From Trichoplax adhaerens (taxonomy: Eukaryota > Animalia > Placozoa): a DNA stretch of 64,000 nucleotides. Numbering within the stretch: the first letter of the stretch is position 1; every line of letters starts with the position of its first letter. The position numbers were made by a program, and so were the translations under genes. Below, in pieces: positions 41,825 through 55,558 of the stretch. Below the pieces are notes generated by a model. That model did no database searches, had not been told where the DNA came from, and saw only the letters and a program-made list of their open reading frames with translations. The stretch lies in NCBI RefSeq assembly GCF_000150275.1, contig NW_002060948.1, forward strand, positions 4,634,336 through 4,698,335, in the 5' to 3' direction.

Positions 41825-44076
41825 ATGGCGGGACTTCGTGATATTATTCTGATTTTGGGAATATTTCTTCCCGCAATTTTAGCTAGCAATGAAGTCCATA
41901 ATATTTTGGAAATCCTGAGAGTAAGAAGAATAAATATACTTGATCAATTTTATTTTTAAAATCTAATATTTTTCAGGTAGAATAATCATTTACTTATAGA
42001 TTACTACGATCTATCTGCTTAGTTTCAGTAGATATATTCAACACGTATTCCAATTTATTAAATCCAAACACTTGTCAAATTTTAGTGTTTAATTGTTTGG
42101 TGATCAAGTAATTAGCCACATAATTCGCTGGTTATCTGTATTTGCTCCTAAACATAACATAATGAGTTCATGTTCATTAACCATCGTACCTCCTTTTCTA
42201 ATTATGAAACTGATTGTGTTATCTCCTACCTAATCGATGGATTAAGGTATCAATTTAGTACATGTTCGCTGATTTATATCAACTAAATTACAGTTAAACA
42301 TGCGGTTAAATTAGAATGTAATAATCTTATTAGTTCAAATCAGTAGGAAGTGAATCTATTCGTACACAAAGCTAGCATGCCATTTGATAAAACTTACATT
42401 TTAAAGTTTGGAATTAAGACAGAATCTAGCTACAAAAATAGCATGTATTTTAATTGTTCCTTTTTAGACAAGTTCGTTTCATAAAACTAAGCTCTGATGG
42501 AGTAGTGATCCATGCAATTGAACTCAGTTCATCATAAATTATTATACATAATCCTGACAAAAAATCTATCAAGTCTCACTGTTAGTTACCAACCTTTAAT
42601 GCCGCATATACCTGTGTAATAGCTCAGGAAATATGCCCTAAGCCTGGAACATACTATTAATATCGCACCTTATAAATCCATTATGAGAGCTAAGGAAATA
42701 CTGATGTGAGAAAATTTCTGATAGCTGTCTTAACAACTATCGGATTTTCATACCGACATCGAAGATTTAACACTAATTTCGGAAACACTATACTAAAATT
42801 ACTAATCAAAAGTAACAATATTAAAAAGTTACCTTAATGTTAACAAGTTCATTTCTTGATTATTAATATCTAGACTCATATTTATTTAATTATCTGTTGC
42901 ACAAATAATAATTAGTGCTAACATAGATACAATCATAAATGTTTTGATCTAATTTAACATTTTGTGTTTGCTAGTCTGAAAATCGTGCGCATCGTCGTAG
43001 TAAAAGAGCCGCTATGGTGAATGCCTTTTCATTAGGTCCACTAAATTTCTGTGGTGATGTTCTGGCAAGTGCTAAGTCAATATGCGGTATAAATTATAAA
43101 ACCCCAGGAATGATAGCGAAATTTTCTAACCTATTAGCCAATGATGTACAAACATTCACTAATACTGCACTTAACCTGGCACCAGCATCACAAATAAAGA
43201 CTTCATGTAGGGCAGACATTAAAAATTTCTATTGCCGATTATTTTTTCCTTCCTGTAACGCGGCTTCTGAGTTGATATCCTACAATCTTCCAAACTGTAC
43301 TACGTACGGATTATCTTGTCCTAAAAAAGTCTATGATCGAGCCCATGCTTTAAATCTTTGCAAAGTTGTTCCTAATGGTTCATTCAGAACTGATGTATGT
43401 GTTAAGCCGTCGACTGAAGGTACTACGATATGTCCTAAACCACCCTCTAAGCTCTTAGTTCCTCAATGGTTAAAACATGAAGATAGACTTAATGATCGTT
43501 CTGCTCAAGGCATTACCTCGGCACTTAAATTTTATAACGCCTCCACCAGTTGCACAAAAAGGATGCAACAATTTGTATGCGGATCTCAACTATTTTGCTC
43601 ACCAGACAAAACACAACTATTGACCACTGCTACTCAAAGGACATGCATGAACGCATTGAAATGGTAAGTTCTATCGCTCTATGAAATAGTTAATGAGATC
43701 AATACACTTCTCGTACTTTAAATAGATTATTTTAAATAGAGCATTTCTTAAAATTTAACAGTACCGTTAAATAAATGCCATGTAGTCTCCATGCCAACAA
43801 CTAGCGTGCTGCTAATATTCAATTATGGAATTAACATGAGCAACTTACTCTAATGATGATGGTTTACTTTCTTTTGAAAATTTCATTAGTTTGCCTGTGA
43901 AAGCCAAATTAGCATTGGACAAATTCTTCGATTGCAGTCTTCTTCCACATGAAAATACATCAACTCCAATCCGTGTTCCTAATGATGCTGCCTTAATATC
44001 AGGAACAAGTCAATTATGTTACAGGCTGTCAACTATCTGGGTCCTTGTAACATACCTCTTTCTCAGATTTCTGTAA
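41825..44076 (+). CDS. Twin Frizzled-type CRD, putative GPI-anchored protein 1, 323 aa; exons 41825-41920, 42975-43663, 43890-44076
   Basis: Signal peptide MAGLRDIILILGIFLPAILA; phase-0 intron; RRSKR furin site; two 8-Cys domains; phase-2 intron splits a Cys codon (TG|T); C-terminal hydrophobic tail with no cytoplasmic domain. Confidence 0.85.
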
Positions 44077-44189
44077 TACTGTACTATTTTTGTATCATCT
44101 GTTAGCTAACTCATAATGCTAATGATTATAATATAGTACGGTAGCAGACAGATAATATTCTTAAAACTATGCACATCAATGTAACTGTT

Positions 44190-44822
44190 TGTTACAGTGT
44201 TAAATACTGTATTACAGTAGAAATAACTATGTTAGGATAATTCTGTTAGACTATCCTTATTTAGTTAACTTCTAATTTGGATATACTGTATTTTAATATA
44301 GCACTGACTTTTTATGACAGTGACACTTATACACATACTGAAATTATAATAGTTATAATAGGGAATGCAAATCATCTGCTTACAGTTCGAATCATTGTGA
44401 TTGTAATTTACTTATGATAGACTGTAAATTATCATGGAAATGTTCCGTGATAGGACATATCGTAATCTGACTATTCTGTATTAGTCATTATATGTCTATG
44501 TTCGTAAATACTGTTGTCTGCATTAAGGGAGCAGTAGCTAAAATTAATATCTAATTCAGTAAATGATTCTAATGTTAATTGTATTAACTATGACTCATGA
44601 ACTATTGAGGAATAGTATATAAATGCAGTATATCGTGAAATAAAGGAGAATTGTCCAACTTAGTGTTTAACGTAAAATACGAGGCGTTTAAGTCTTTGTG
44701 TAATCTGCTAGTAGAGCAAAAGTGTTTGTGATAGTGCAGATATCGTTCCTTGATACGTGGTTCAAGGAATTGACTTATTGATCGTATATTGCGTTATCTT
44801 GTTGCAAAGCTGTTTTGTGACA
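44190..44822 (+). mobile_element. Solo LTR, family B (633 bp), TSD CTGTT
   Basis: CTGTT|TGTTACA...TGTGACA|CTGTT exact. TGACTCA at 44591, TATATAAA at 44616, AATAAA at 44639. Confidence 0.9.
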
Positions 44823-47193
44823 CTGTTGTTAGCAAATTTTCATAGACTTATAGTATAGACTTATAGTTGATAAATACGTATGAAATGATAGAATTCTTTA
44901 CTATATTTGTTTGTGCTTATCCTTAAAATTATTTTACTAAGTGCGAAGCACTACCACTAGATTATTTCAGTAATCTGCAATTCAATAAAATATTTCAACT
45001 ACGAGTATATAGCCCTCTACTATATGACAATTAGTTTTTTAAAGTATCTAATACAAATTATAGGTTTTTAGGCAATCACATTACGGTATAGCTAGATAAC
45101 AAAATCAACAATCATTTACCCCAAGTGAGTCAAGTTTGCTATTTACCAAATATAATAACTAAAACACTCTGCTGCATCTTACCTCAAATTATTTGGAAAT
45201 AGTGTAAAATTACTAATAAGGTTATCAGACTTTAGCCGGAATCTTATAATGTATTATCAACACACAGTTGGACAGGCGGAGTTGACTAAGTGTTAAAGCA
45301 CAGTATAACTTTGTTAATTTTTATTTGAGGGCAGAAAACTTGCCTACACTCCATTATTTTTATAAGATATACAGTAATTCATAATTCGAGCCATTGTGAT
45401 AAAGTGATCTTCAACAATAAATCAAGAACTACAGTTTGTTGTAAATTTCACGATATTACATAAGTTAGGTTCATCTCACCTCTACCAAGGACTATCTGAC
45501 TATCTGAATTATTACAGCAAAATTCAGGGTTTATATATACAATTTGTTACAGAATTCTTTTTCAGCTACACAATCATACAGTAACTCGCCAATTAAGACG
45601 CAAAAACACTTGATACAATGTTATACCCTAGCGTACAACTTAAACTATTCTCGTACAATCTTGGATGGTAATCTAAGCTATATTGGGCGCTGCACTACAG
45701 CTGCACTGGTTTGAGAGGGCATCCAAAAAAATATGATAAGAGCTACGATATCTAGTAAACCTTATTGACGAGCACAAGTTAGCCTTGTTATTGAAGAGGA
45801 TCTGCAATCATTTCTTTCGTGATAATAGGTACTTGTACAATCAAACATCTAAAGTACAAGCGCGATTTATTTAGGGACTGAATTACAACTTCATTATAAT
45901 GTCGATGTCATGGTCCTTAACTTTTCTACCCATCATCTACTGTACATCTACGCTTTTTTACTGATGGCTAGTACCAAAACAAAACTTTACTCCGTCTTAA
46001 ATTGCATATGATTACCGTTCAATCGATAATATCTGTTGATAGATTGTTGTATATGTATATAATATATAAATATATAAAGATTGACGTTCTCGTTCGAAAA
46101 TCTAGAACGTGTTCAAGGCACTTTTTTACTCTCAAGTGCAGTATCTACAATATCTCTGTTGGCGCAGTGGTTAGAAGATACTTTAAAAATATCTAAGTTA
46201 AGGATACTAAGTATTACTGGAGTGAAAACCCTTCAATTATAATTATCCTATCGTCAGTTCAAGAATAAGCTCGATTTCATTTCAGCTTTTTATGATTGCA
46301 GCCTAGGCTGTATTACAGCATAATAATAGCCAAGGGATTTCGAAACATCAGCGCATGTTCATTAGTGGAGCATTTAATAATAATTCATTGCTCCCTCTCT
46401 CAAGTTCTTGGTAAACTCATATCGATATTAGGACGACAAAGATACCCTTAACTTCCAAATGTAATGTATACGAACATAACCATATGGAGAATCGGTCATT
46501 TTGTAGGCTATCTCAGCTCATCCCTACCAGAATACTACTGGATCATTTTTAGCGGTAATTAGCACATTATTATGGTAACATTTGAAGTAAATTCATGATC
46601 ATCACGTGAATTTGTTTGACATATGTCAAATATTGTAAAACAATTGTTCTCAGCATCATTTGAATATTAGTGCTATTGTGAAATAAAAGTCACGAGTAAT
46701 GCACGATCATCTAGAGTGCTGGAAATATGTGATTGATGAAAAGCAAAGTGCTTACAGCATAAGAAGTATGCATAGTATGGTATATTACTATAGATATATC
46801 TGGCTAGCTATATTAGACTGGAGGTAAGGTTAAAAAATGATATCATTCTAGTTACAGTACTTAACCCTAATTATATTAATTAATTCGATGCCAAATTTTT
46901 GTATTGATATAGTGGTACTGTACGCCGGTGAGATATTGTTATGTTTTGAAGTATTTTACTTCGGATAGTAGGATTACATACGCATTATACCCTATAATAA
47001 GAATACAGTAACAAGGATACTGGTACTAGAGTTATTCATTATAATAATTGTAATTATCAACGTGCCGATAGTATTAATTGGAGATACACGGTAGTACTGT
47101 AGCCATAACGTATTAATAACCGTGTATTAACGTAACGGTCACCAGAAACCGACGATTTCGACTTGATTATTACCAAGATCAGAAGCATTCTCG

Positions 47194-48879
47194 ATGGCTA
47201 CTATTTCTCACAAATTTGTACTTTTTCTCACCGCTATCGCTAGTACATGTCTAGTATTGGGTAATGAGTCTGCCGACTTTCGTCATTTCAAAGAGGTAAT
47301 TTATGGATAGAATAATAAAAAAAGAGCTAATTAGGTCTCCAATTATGTCTTTACTTGGTTTGTATTAATTCAATCATATAGTTTCTCGCCAAAAACAAGG
47401 TAGCAAACACGCTTAGTAAAACAAACCAAAATACGTAGTGTATAGTTTATCGACTTGAGACCATTCAGAAAAACTTCTAAACATCTAATTAATTACTCAT
47501 CAAAAGTAATTTTTAGATCATCAGGAGTTTTAAAGATCACTTTGCTACAAAATTTGGTTATTATGCCAAGACTACTCGTCATTTAATATCTTTATAAAGT
47601 TTCATATTAAAGTTCAATTGAATTAATCATAACAATTTTCTATTTATATTCATTTTAACATTACTTTCTATTATATCTTATATTCAATATCCTAAAAAAC
47701 AGAGAGAATCAGCTACAATATTAATTTAAAAACATATTCTATCTATATTTTACAGGAAATGTCCTTGAAAGAAAGATACAAAAGAGCATCACGTATGGTC
47801 ACTGCTTATTCACTGGGAACGCTTGATGCTTGCCAAGATATCGGTTCCGCAGGTGTTTATTGTGGTTATACTTATAAAATTCCCGCCGTTATCGCTCGTT
47901 TTGCAGGACAGTTAGCAAAGGATGAAAAGATTATAATTAGCGCACTCACAAATAATCCAAAATTGCCTGTGAATCAACAGTGTAAAACAGATATTAAAAA
48001 CTTTCTTTGCAATGCGTTTTATCCTGTATGTAATTCAGCGAATAAAACTGTAACCTACAACTTGCGCGATTGTGCTAAAACTGGTTTAACATGTCCCAAA
48101 TCTATCTACGATGCCTTCCACAGAACGTCTTGCAAAAACATCCCTTCAGGGACATATGCTTCCAATAAGTGTGTAAAACCATTGACAACAGATACAAAAG
48201 TTTGTCGAAAACCGAATGCTAACGCTAAGGTACCACAATGGCTAATTCATGAAGATCAACTGAATGATAATTCAGCGCAAAACCTCCAGAAATCATTAAA
48301 GAAACAAAATGCTTCAGCATCGTGTATACAGAAAATGACCCAGTTTATTTGTGGAGTACAACCGTTTTGTTCAACGGATGAAAAGTATATCTTAACCACT
48401 GGCTATCAACAACAATGTTATGATGCGCTACATTGGTAAGAAGTATTCTAATTCACTAAATTTCTGTAGTACTTTAATTGAATTCCACTACGCCATTAGT
48501 TTGTTATGGTAAAGTAGGTATATGGGATTAAAATGGGTTACAATTTATATAGCCTACATACTTATACAATCTGATTCTCCTAATCTATAGGCCGTAGATA
48601 ACCTGTTAGTATGTAAGATACAGTGAATAAAATGATCGCAAATATAGCTTGACATGTAAGCTAATTTACTTTAATTCTTTCAAATATAGCTTGCCTCCTA
48701 AAGCACAACTATCCTTGAAGAAATTAATTGACTGCACCCTTTTACCTAACGCAACAACAGCAAAGCGATTCCAAATACCTTTTGATTCAGCAATAGTATC
48801 AGGAGCGTATACCTTTTCTTATAATGCTGTGATACTTTGGTCATTAGTTGCATCGCTTGTCCTTCATTTGTTAAATTAA
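47194..48879 (+). CDS. Twin-CRD putative GPI-anchored protein 2, 323 aa; exons 47194-47295, 47756-48435, 48690-48879
   Basis: Signal peptide MATISHKFVLFLTAIASTCLVLG; RYKR furin site; CKTDIKNFLCNAFYPVC is a strong FZ-CRD core; TG|C split Cys codon; hydrophobic C-terminal tail. Confidence 0.87.
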
Positions 48880-51800
48880 CCAAGCTACTGTATAAATGGC
48901 AGTATATACTTAAACTATAGCAGTTTAAGGGTGCACAAAGTTAACGACAGTGTCTGCCCATCGAGAATGTATATTATATTTTTCGCTGGAAAAGTGTCAC
49001 TATTACGTAGGCATTTAAACTTAAAGTTTTTCTAGTAAACTTAATTACACTATCTGTATACTTGCACGTTTTTAATACTATTTAAAAGTAGATTAGATAT
49101 AAAGTATTACCATAGCCAAAGTTCTATTATAACATAAAAAACTGTATTATTTTATAGTCATCGTTTATTGTTATAAGAAATTGGAAGGAATAAGGAATGA
49201 AATCGTTTGCCACTCAGGGTGACAAAGAGAAATCTCTTTGATTTCATGAGGTGGATATTTTAGCCAAAAGAGCTTCTTAATCTCATTAATAAAGTTTTTC
49301 GATAGGGGCTACTCTGGATAAATGTTATTGTGTCTCGCTGAAGTCAATTGTAACATGTTTGTTGTTCTGTCAACTAGAAAAATAATAAACTTAGCAGATA
49401 TAAACAATAACTTTGGAAAAGCTTGTGCTGCACTTTAATTAGAGTGATACCGGTATATTAGAAGAAAGAATCCTTTACTGCGGATTCTATATTTACAGTG
49501 CAACAGGAAGTATACAATAACGCGATATTTCTTTAAAATGTCTTGATAAAGGACATTTTTAGGAATAGTTGGCTTAATATAAAAGAATTTTTAAATATTA
49601 AACTTAAATTTAAAGTAATGAGTGACACCTTAATTAAGTAAACCAATTCAAGGTAAGAGTATAACCTAGTGTGGAATTTATGAATCGCATTACCTTTTAG
49701 TAAAGCATCAAATTAGCTCGATGTGAATATTATTAGTGCTCATAGTCCTTGCTCATCTCCAAGTATATTCTGTTCGAGTGTAAAACTATCAGCTCACTGA
49801 CTAAAAATATTATACTTAGCCTGATAAATTAATCAATAAGTCTCATAGAATTTTAATCCTCGTGATGGCGTGGGAAAGAAATTTATCTGCTATTTGTAAA
49901 CGCAAATACCGTTGTTATAATAACTTTTGCAGTTTGATATGATGCTGATTTAACTTAGCATCGGTTAACGGTATGAGCGTCATTTAGAATATGTCGCAAA
50001 TTGATATACTAAACTAGTTCGCAATAATTGACGGTATCTTATGTCTTTACTATATCAACTGGAACTACACACATCCTGTATACAAAACCAAAAATTTCAT
50101 AATGGATTGCATGAAAGACTGTATCATAAGGCTTTTACCTCGGAATGCTTGAATGACTGAATCACTTTCAAGTAAATTCACATTGAAAGTGGCCCTATAA
50201 TTTGTTCCTATAGTAGCAGCTATCAACTAACATCATCAACAATAATTGTTTCTAATGGCTTTATTTACAAGTATTGATACTTTACTGCTACACATTCAGC
50301 CTTTAGCATAACTTGCACATTGAAAATTCCAGTAGTAATTTCATTGCGGAACAGGATAATATTTCGATCAGAAATGGCCTATATAAATAGTCTTTATAAA
50401 GCTGTGGATAATCACTGACCAAAGATATCTTATAAACTGTATTATTTGTACTTCAATATTGAAACTATTGTAAATAGAACTCAAAGAAGCTGCCCTAAGT
50501 AACTTTTTCAGGGGATACTTATAATCTCTATTTTACCAGAATCTATCAATAACACATGTTCATGCTCAATATTACCGTTCCTACATTCAAGATGAAGTAT
50601 CTATTTCAAGGTCAATATCACATAGCACATTATATTGTAAACTTTCTAAGTAACCGCTTAAAGCAGCACTTAATATGCCGTATCACCATATCATCTTATA
50701 AATTGCCAGTCATAGAATGATTTAATTTTATTGCTGGCAAAGTTTGGCCAAAGCGTGAAAGCAGGATTAGCATTCGATTTTTTACTGGTTGTAACTTCTG
50801 TGAAACGATAATCATATTTCTCTTACCTTTGTCGTTGTTAATTTATTTATTTCTAGAAATAAGTATAAAATAACGTTACAATTTTACATAACAATTAACA
50901 ATTATTACTACGTTAAGTAAAGCAAGTAAAAAGCGGTTGCATACCGTAAACATGTGCACTGGCTATTTCCGCATCCATGAATAATTGTAATTATTTGCTT
51001 TTAAATCGATAAACAGACAGCACTGATGCAAATAAAATGAATAGAAAATTTATAATCAGCTATACATGTAAACAAGTCTTTCACCGTATAATCGAGTTTA
51101 TGGATGTAATGATGTTATGAAGCAAGGGATAGCAGCCGCCTTCTATATAAGATTGCAACTTGTACAATTTCTGATATAGGCATGTATGCTCACATTAGAA
51201 TCCAATTACATAGATTTCAGAATTTGGATTATACCGTATTGACTCCAATATTCAGCACTAAAACGTTTTATACCATATAAATCCTTTCAGTAGTCTAAAA
51301 AAAATACTGTACATTTGCAATCACTCTTATAGCACTTCAGTAGCTTTATTGTACATGGTACCTTTTAAGATAGAAATTTTGTAATCAGTCAAAGTGATAT
51401 TGTTGACGTATTTACCACTGTAATTTGCCTATCACTTTTCTGCGCTTTTTCTCATGCATAAATTCCTCCTTTAGATGGCCGATAATAGAGCGGATTGTTC
51501 CTGGCTTTTATGTAAAGGAGAAACATTTTATACCTAGATGCTACGACTGTCAATTTTACAAAAATGTATAGAACTTAACTTGATATCATCCCTTGCGGGG
51601 CATAAAATTCTGCTCACTTTCAGCAAGATGCAATATCCTATCGACTTAGGGTTTTATGCTTGTTTATTTTTTCTCAGTATTAGAAATTTAATGTTTACCT
51701 TACGATTGTAAACTATAAGATAATGGTAATCTTGAAAAGGACTGCACTCGTGTCTTGTCACTGTTGAAAAGTCATGTATTTCCTAAAATCCATAGACTGC

Positions 51801-52116
51801 TACAGCACTAATTTTAAAATTTGAATAAGTCGCTGAGCTCAAAAAACGAGGTAAACCATAACAAATTCAGTAATTATCATAGGTAAAGCTGTTCCTATAC
51901 ATGATCGGCTATAACTGAACAATATACTGTAGTTTATAGCTGAAACTTGCATGATGCTTTGATGGTAAGCTCCTAATCGTGATAGCATACCATGTAAACG
52001 TTGAATGCATAGAAAATGAAACGTTTACTATAGTTAAATTGGTAATACCCTAATGTACTACTGTATATGACAGCATAGATAAATTAAACAATCTAGAAAT
52101 GATATTTCCTTATGTT

Positions 52117-52142
52117 ACTTATGTTACGTTCGTAACATAAGT
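52117..52142. repeat. Perfect 12-bp inverted repeat ACTTATGTTACG-TT-CGTAACATAAGT
   Basis: Read directly from the sequence. Confidence 0.75.
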
Positions 52143-53078
52143 TACTATGTTTTAATGAGAACGTAGGAATGTGCAGTTCTATACTTAGCGATTAATACGC
52201 AATGGAGTATCGTATTGTAGTATGTTATGATGGTGTGGAACACAGTTGAGAAGTCCGTTCGATTAATTTTACCTACGCATTTTAGATTTTTTACGAGGTC
52301 TACAAACAAGTATACAGCATGTTTACTCGATCACTATTTATTCTTTATCCACAAATACCTTAAAAGTATATTATTCTTAGGTTTCTTAAATCAAATCACG
52401 GATCTCTCGCTCCAAAAGATATAAAATAATTACCGTATCTATCATATTGTTTTTGAAACCTTAAAGCTCTATTTAACTTCATATATACTCGTGAGTATGG
52501 ATAAGTCAGATATGTACGTAATAAAGTTTGGTGCACTGTACATGACTAGATGCTTACGATGTGCAGTATCAATTTTGTAACCGATATTCATCAATTTTCT
52601 ACTGTATAGCGTAATCCTAAGTAGAATACAGTCTTCTTTAACATATATCAAATCAAATTTAAAAGAGTCTATAAAGATACTAGCATCTACTCTCCTAGGA
52701 ATATTAAATTCATTACTAGTATAAAAGAATTAACAATAAGCACTACTGTAGATGCAATAATGCTTATTATAGTATCTGCCCATTCGGCTTCATGTAAACG
52801 AAGCACACGCGTAATAGTCTTGATGATTTATTTACTAGATTCATTATAGATTCCATGTGCAACTAGCATTCAATGCAGGTTACACTAACGGCATAGCTTA
52901 TCTTAATGTTATTAGGATTGCAGTCTCCATTCCTATAAAGACTGCTACGCATACTGTTGTGAGCTTACTGTTGCACAACTTTCGTTAAGTTAAGCGAAGC
53001 TAAACTTAATTACTGAAAGCAGCGCAGCACTGGATCTCTTTTTTTACTAGATATTTGCCACTTTTTCCATAATATAAG

Positions 53079-53814
53079 TGTGACAATCCAAGTTAATACG
53101 GTACACTCTATAATTTTCTCGAAAAGGGATATCCAATCCAGTATCTTTCCACAACCGTCTCACTTTTCGTTGACTTGCTAGACACACAGATCGTAATACC
53201 TCGTATACTTTCTTTGCATTAACGGTTCAAGAGAGGGTGGGACTGTAGGAGGGACTAGTGGATCCACAGATCGTAATACTTTGCATACTTGTTTACCGAC
53301 AATGAGTAGAATGTTTCAGTATATGGTACTACCAGCATACAGTATACAGTACAGTACTGTATTAATACTATTATACAGTCGAAGAGCCAGATGTCACTTA
53401 TCATCGTACGATAGCTTTATAGCTTTAAAGTATTTGCATAACTTCATGCATATGCGAATGTAGATATATATTTACATAAATTCCTGTATAAGCAAGGTTA
53501 TTAATCAATTAGTAGCATATTTCAGTGTGTGGTACTACCAGCATAGAGTCTACTTATGCGAAAACATCTAGCAGATATACAGTAAAATAGCCAGATGTTA
53601 CTTATCATCCTACGATACCTTTAATCCAACCACTTTCAGGTCTATTCCCGAGGCGGTTGATTAATTAGTTAATTAATTCATTGATTACCAACCGTAATTA
53701 GCGTTTTGTGCACGCAGATTGCAGAATCGCTTGCTGCTTATGGGGGCGTAATACCACCTGATAGCGTATAATACTGTGTAGCACAGTATGGTACCGTAAG
53801 TTGTACTCGTAACG
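53079..53814. mobile_element. Diverged LTR-like element with internal duplications
   Basis: ATAAG|TGTGACAATCC...CGTAACG|ATACG (4 of 5). The left end resembles that of 18446. Internal direct repeats with ~80-bp period (CACAGATCGTAATAC at 53185 and 53265) and ~205-bp period (GGTACTACCAGCATA..AGCCAGATGT). Confidence 0.4.
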
Positions 53815-54103
53815 ATACGCAATCGTCATTTACGTCATCATCATATCACGAGTTGATGCTATAATTAATTAACTACAACTACGTTCAACTTGGCATTTAG
53901 CATAATCAAAGATTGGAGTTATAACTAACTACCCATTTATTAACGAAAATTTTCCTCCAATATCAACTAACTTGATACATAGCTGTTCCTGCTATTAGTG
54001 AAATTAAGCCAACGGACATAAATTGCAAGCAAGCAGTTCTTCAAGCCATCAGAGTTATTTATTTCTTTAACATCAACATCGCCGGATTGAAGAATAGGAG
54101 AAA

Positions 54104-55558
54104 ATGCGATTAATACTTAGTCAATTCTATGCCTTCATCGCTATTTTAACCATTTTACGTAATATTAAGGTATAGTAAGGGTTAGCTAAATCACATTGAT
54201 GGCCTTTTATTAATCAATTACTAGCTTACTGTGCAAGATTAAGTGATGACAACTTTAGATCAAGAATAGCATCATCTCATGTTGGAAGATGATGATAATA
54301 CTGTAGCATGAAAATCTGGCACGATTTTAAAGTTCGTTATTCTAATCGTTTTATATCTAGGTCACTGCTTCATCTTCCTTTGAAAAATCAACATCTGGTT
54401 TAGTTTCCATTAATGCATATCCTTTTGGATCGATCGCGTCTTGCAAGCAGATTCCTCAAGCAGCTGTTAATTACTGTGGGCTTAATTATAAAACGGCGGC
54501 GAGTTCTGCCAATCTCGCTCCAGAATTAACCTTAGTTATATACCATATTCTGATGGTTATTACTAATCTTCCTAATATTCAAGCGTCGGATCAATGTGTT
54601 CAAAATGTTAAACATTTGTACTGTGGTTTAGTATTTCCGCGCTGCGATGCCAGTAAAAGTCAAATTACGTTTAATACAACCAACTGTTATGAGGCTACTG
54701 GAGCATGTTCATCGGTAGTTAACAGTGTTATTCGACGAATTAAACTATGTCAGTTTGCTCCACATGGCAATTTTGAATTGGACACCTGCGTGAAACCTCC
54801 TACTATCAGCTATCTTCACTGCCCTAGTAATCCAAATCTTGTTACTGTACCTAAATATCTAATACTGAATCGAATTTTAGTCGATGTAGCCACAACATAT
54901 GATGTGGATCTCCTCAGGGATAAAGGAGCTACAGAGCAATGTATTCAAAATTATGTTAATTTATTATGTCAATCGATACCATTCTGCTCCCCAGATAAGA
55001 AATCATTAATGACAACAGTGACCAAAGAAATGTGCTATAATGCTGTAAACTGGTAAGTCTTTCATAGATTACTTTTTGATTCCACTGGTAAAGTTCCTGC
55101 TTATTCCTTTTCATCCGTATTGATTTTAATTCACTACGTATATACTTAGTTTTAAAGCTTGACAATTTTATTTTAAAATATCTCAATCAATTGCTAAGAA
55201 ATTAACGATAGTTCTTAATAGTGACAAAATGTTGATAAGTATTTCACTTAGCTGACTTATTATATTTAGTTTATACACTTACACTATTTCAGCTTATCAT
55301 TCTTAAAATAAAGTACTTTTATCTATATTAATTTTCACTGAAGAATTTCAATTTTTTATTAGCCTTCCAAAAAGTCTACAAACAGACCTCAAGAGCTTTT
55401 TCAAATGTAATCAATACCCGAATGCTTCCAGTCATCATATCCACATTTCTCACGATTATACATTCGTAGGAAGAGCTCAATTTCTACATTTGAATATAAA
55501 TGCCTTGTTACTCCTTGCAATAACTTTACTGTGTTTCCATACCATTCTTCTGGAGTGA
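54104..55558 (+). CDS. Twin-CRD putative GPI-anchored protein 3, 317 aa; exons 54104-54169, 54361-55052, 55363-55558
   Basis: Signal peptide MRLILSQFYAFIAILTILRNIK|VTA; same intron phases; 16 aligned Cys; exon 3 translated by hand as LPKSLQTDLKSFFKCNQYP...ALLLLAITLLCFHTILLE*; no furin site. Confidence 0.85.

Noticed and set aside
46573-47110. Possible LTR remnant just upstream of CRD gene 2 (flanks TATTA/TATTA)
   Set aside because: The termini are poor, and an all-AT 5-mer match is easily chance.
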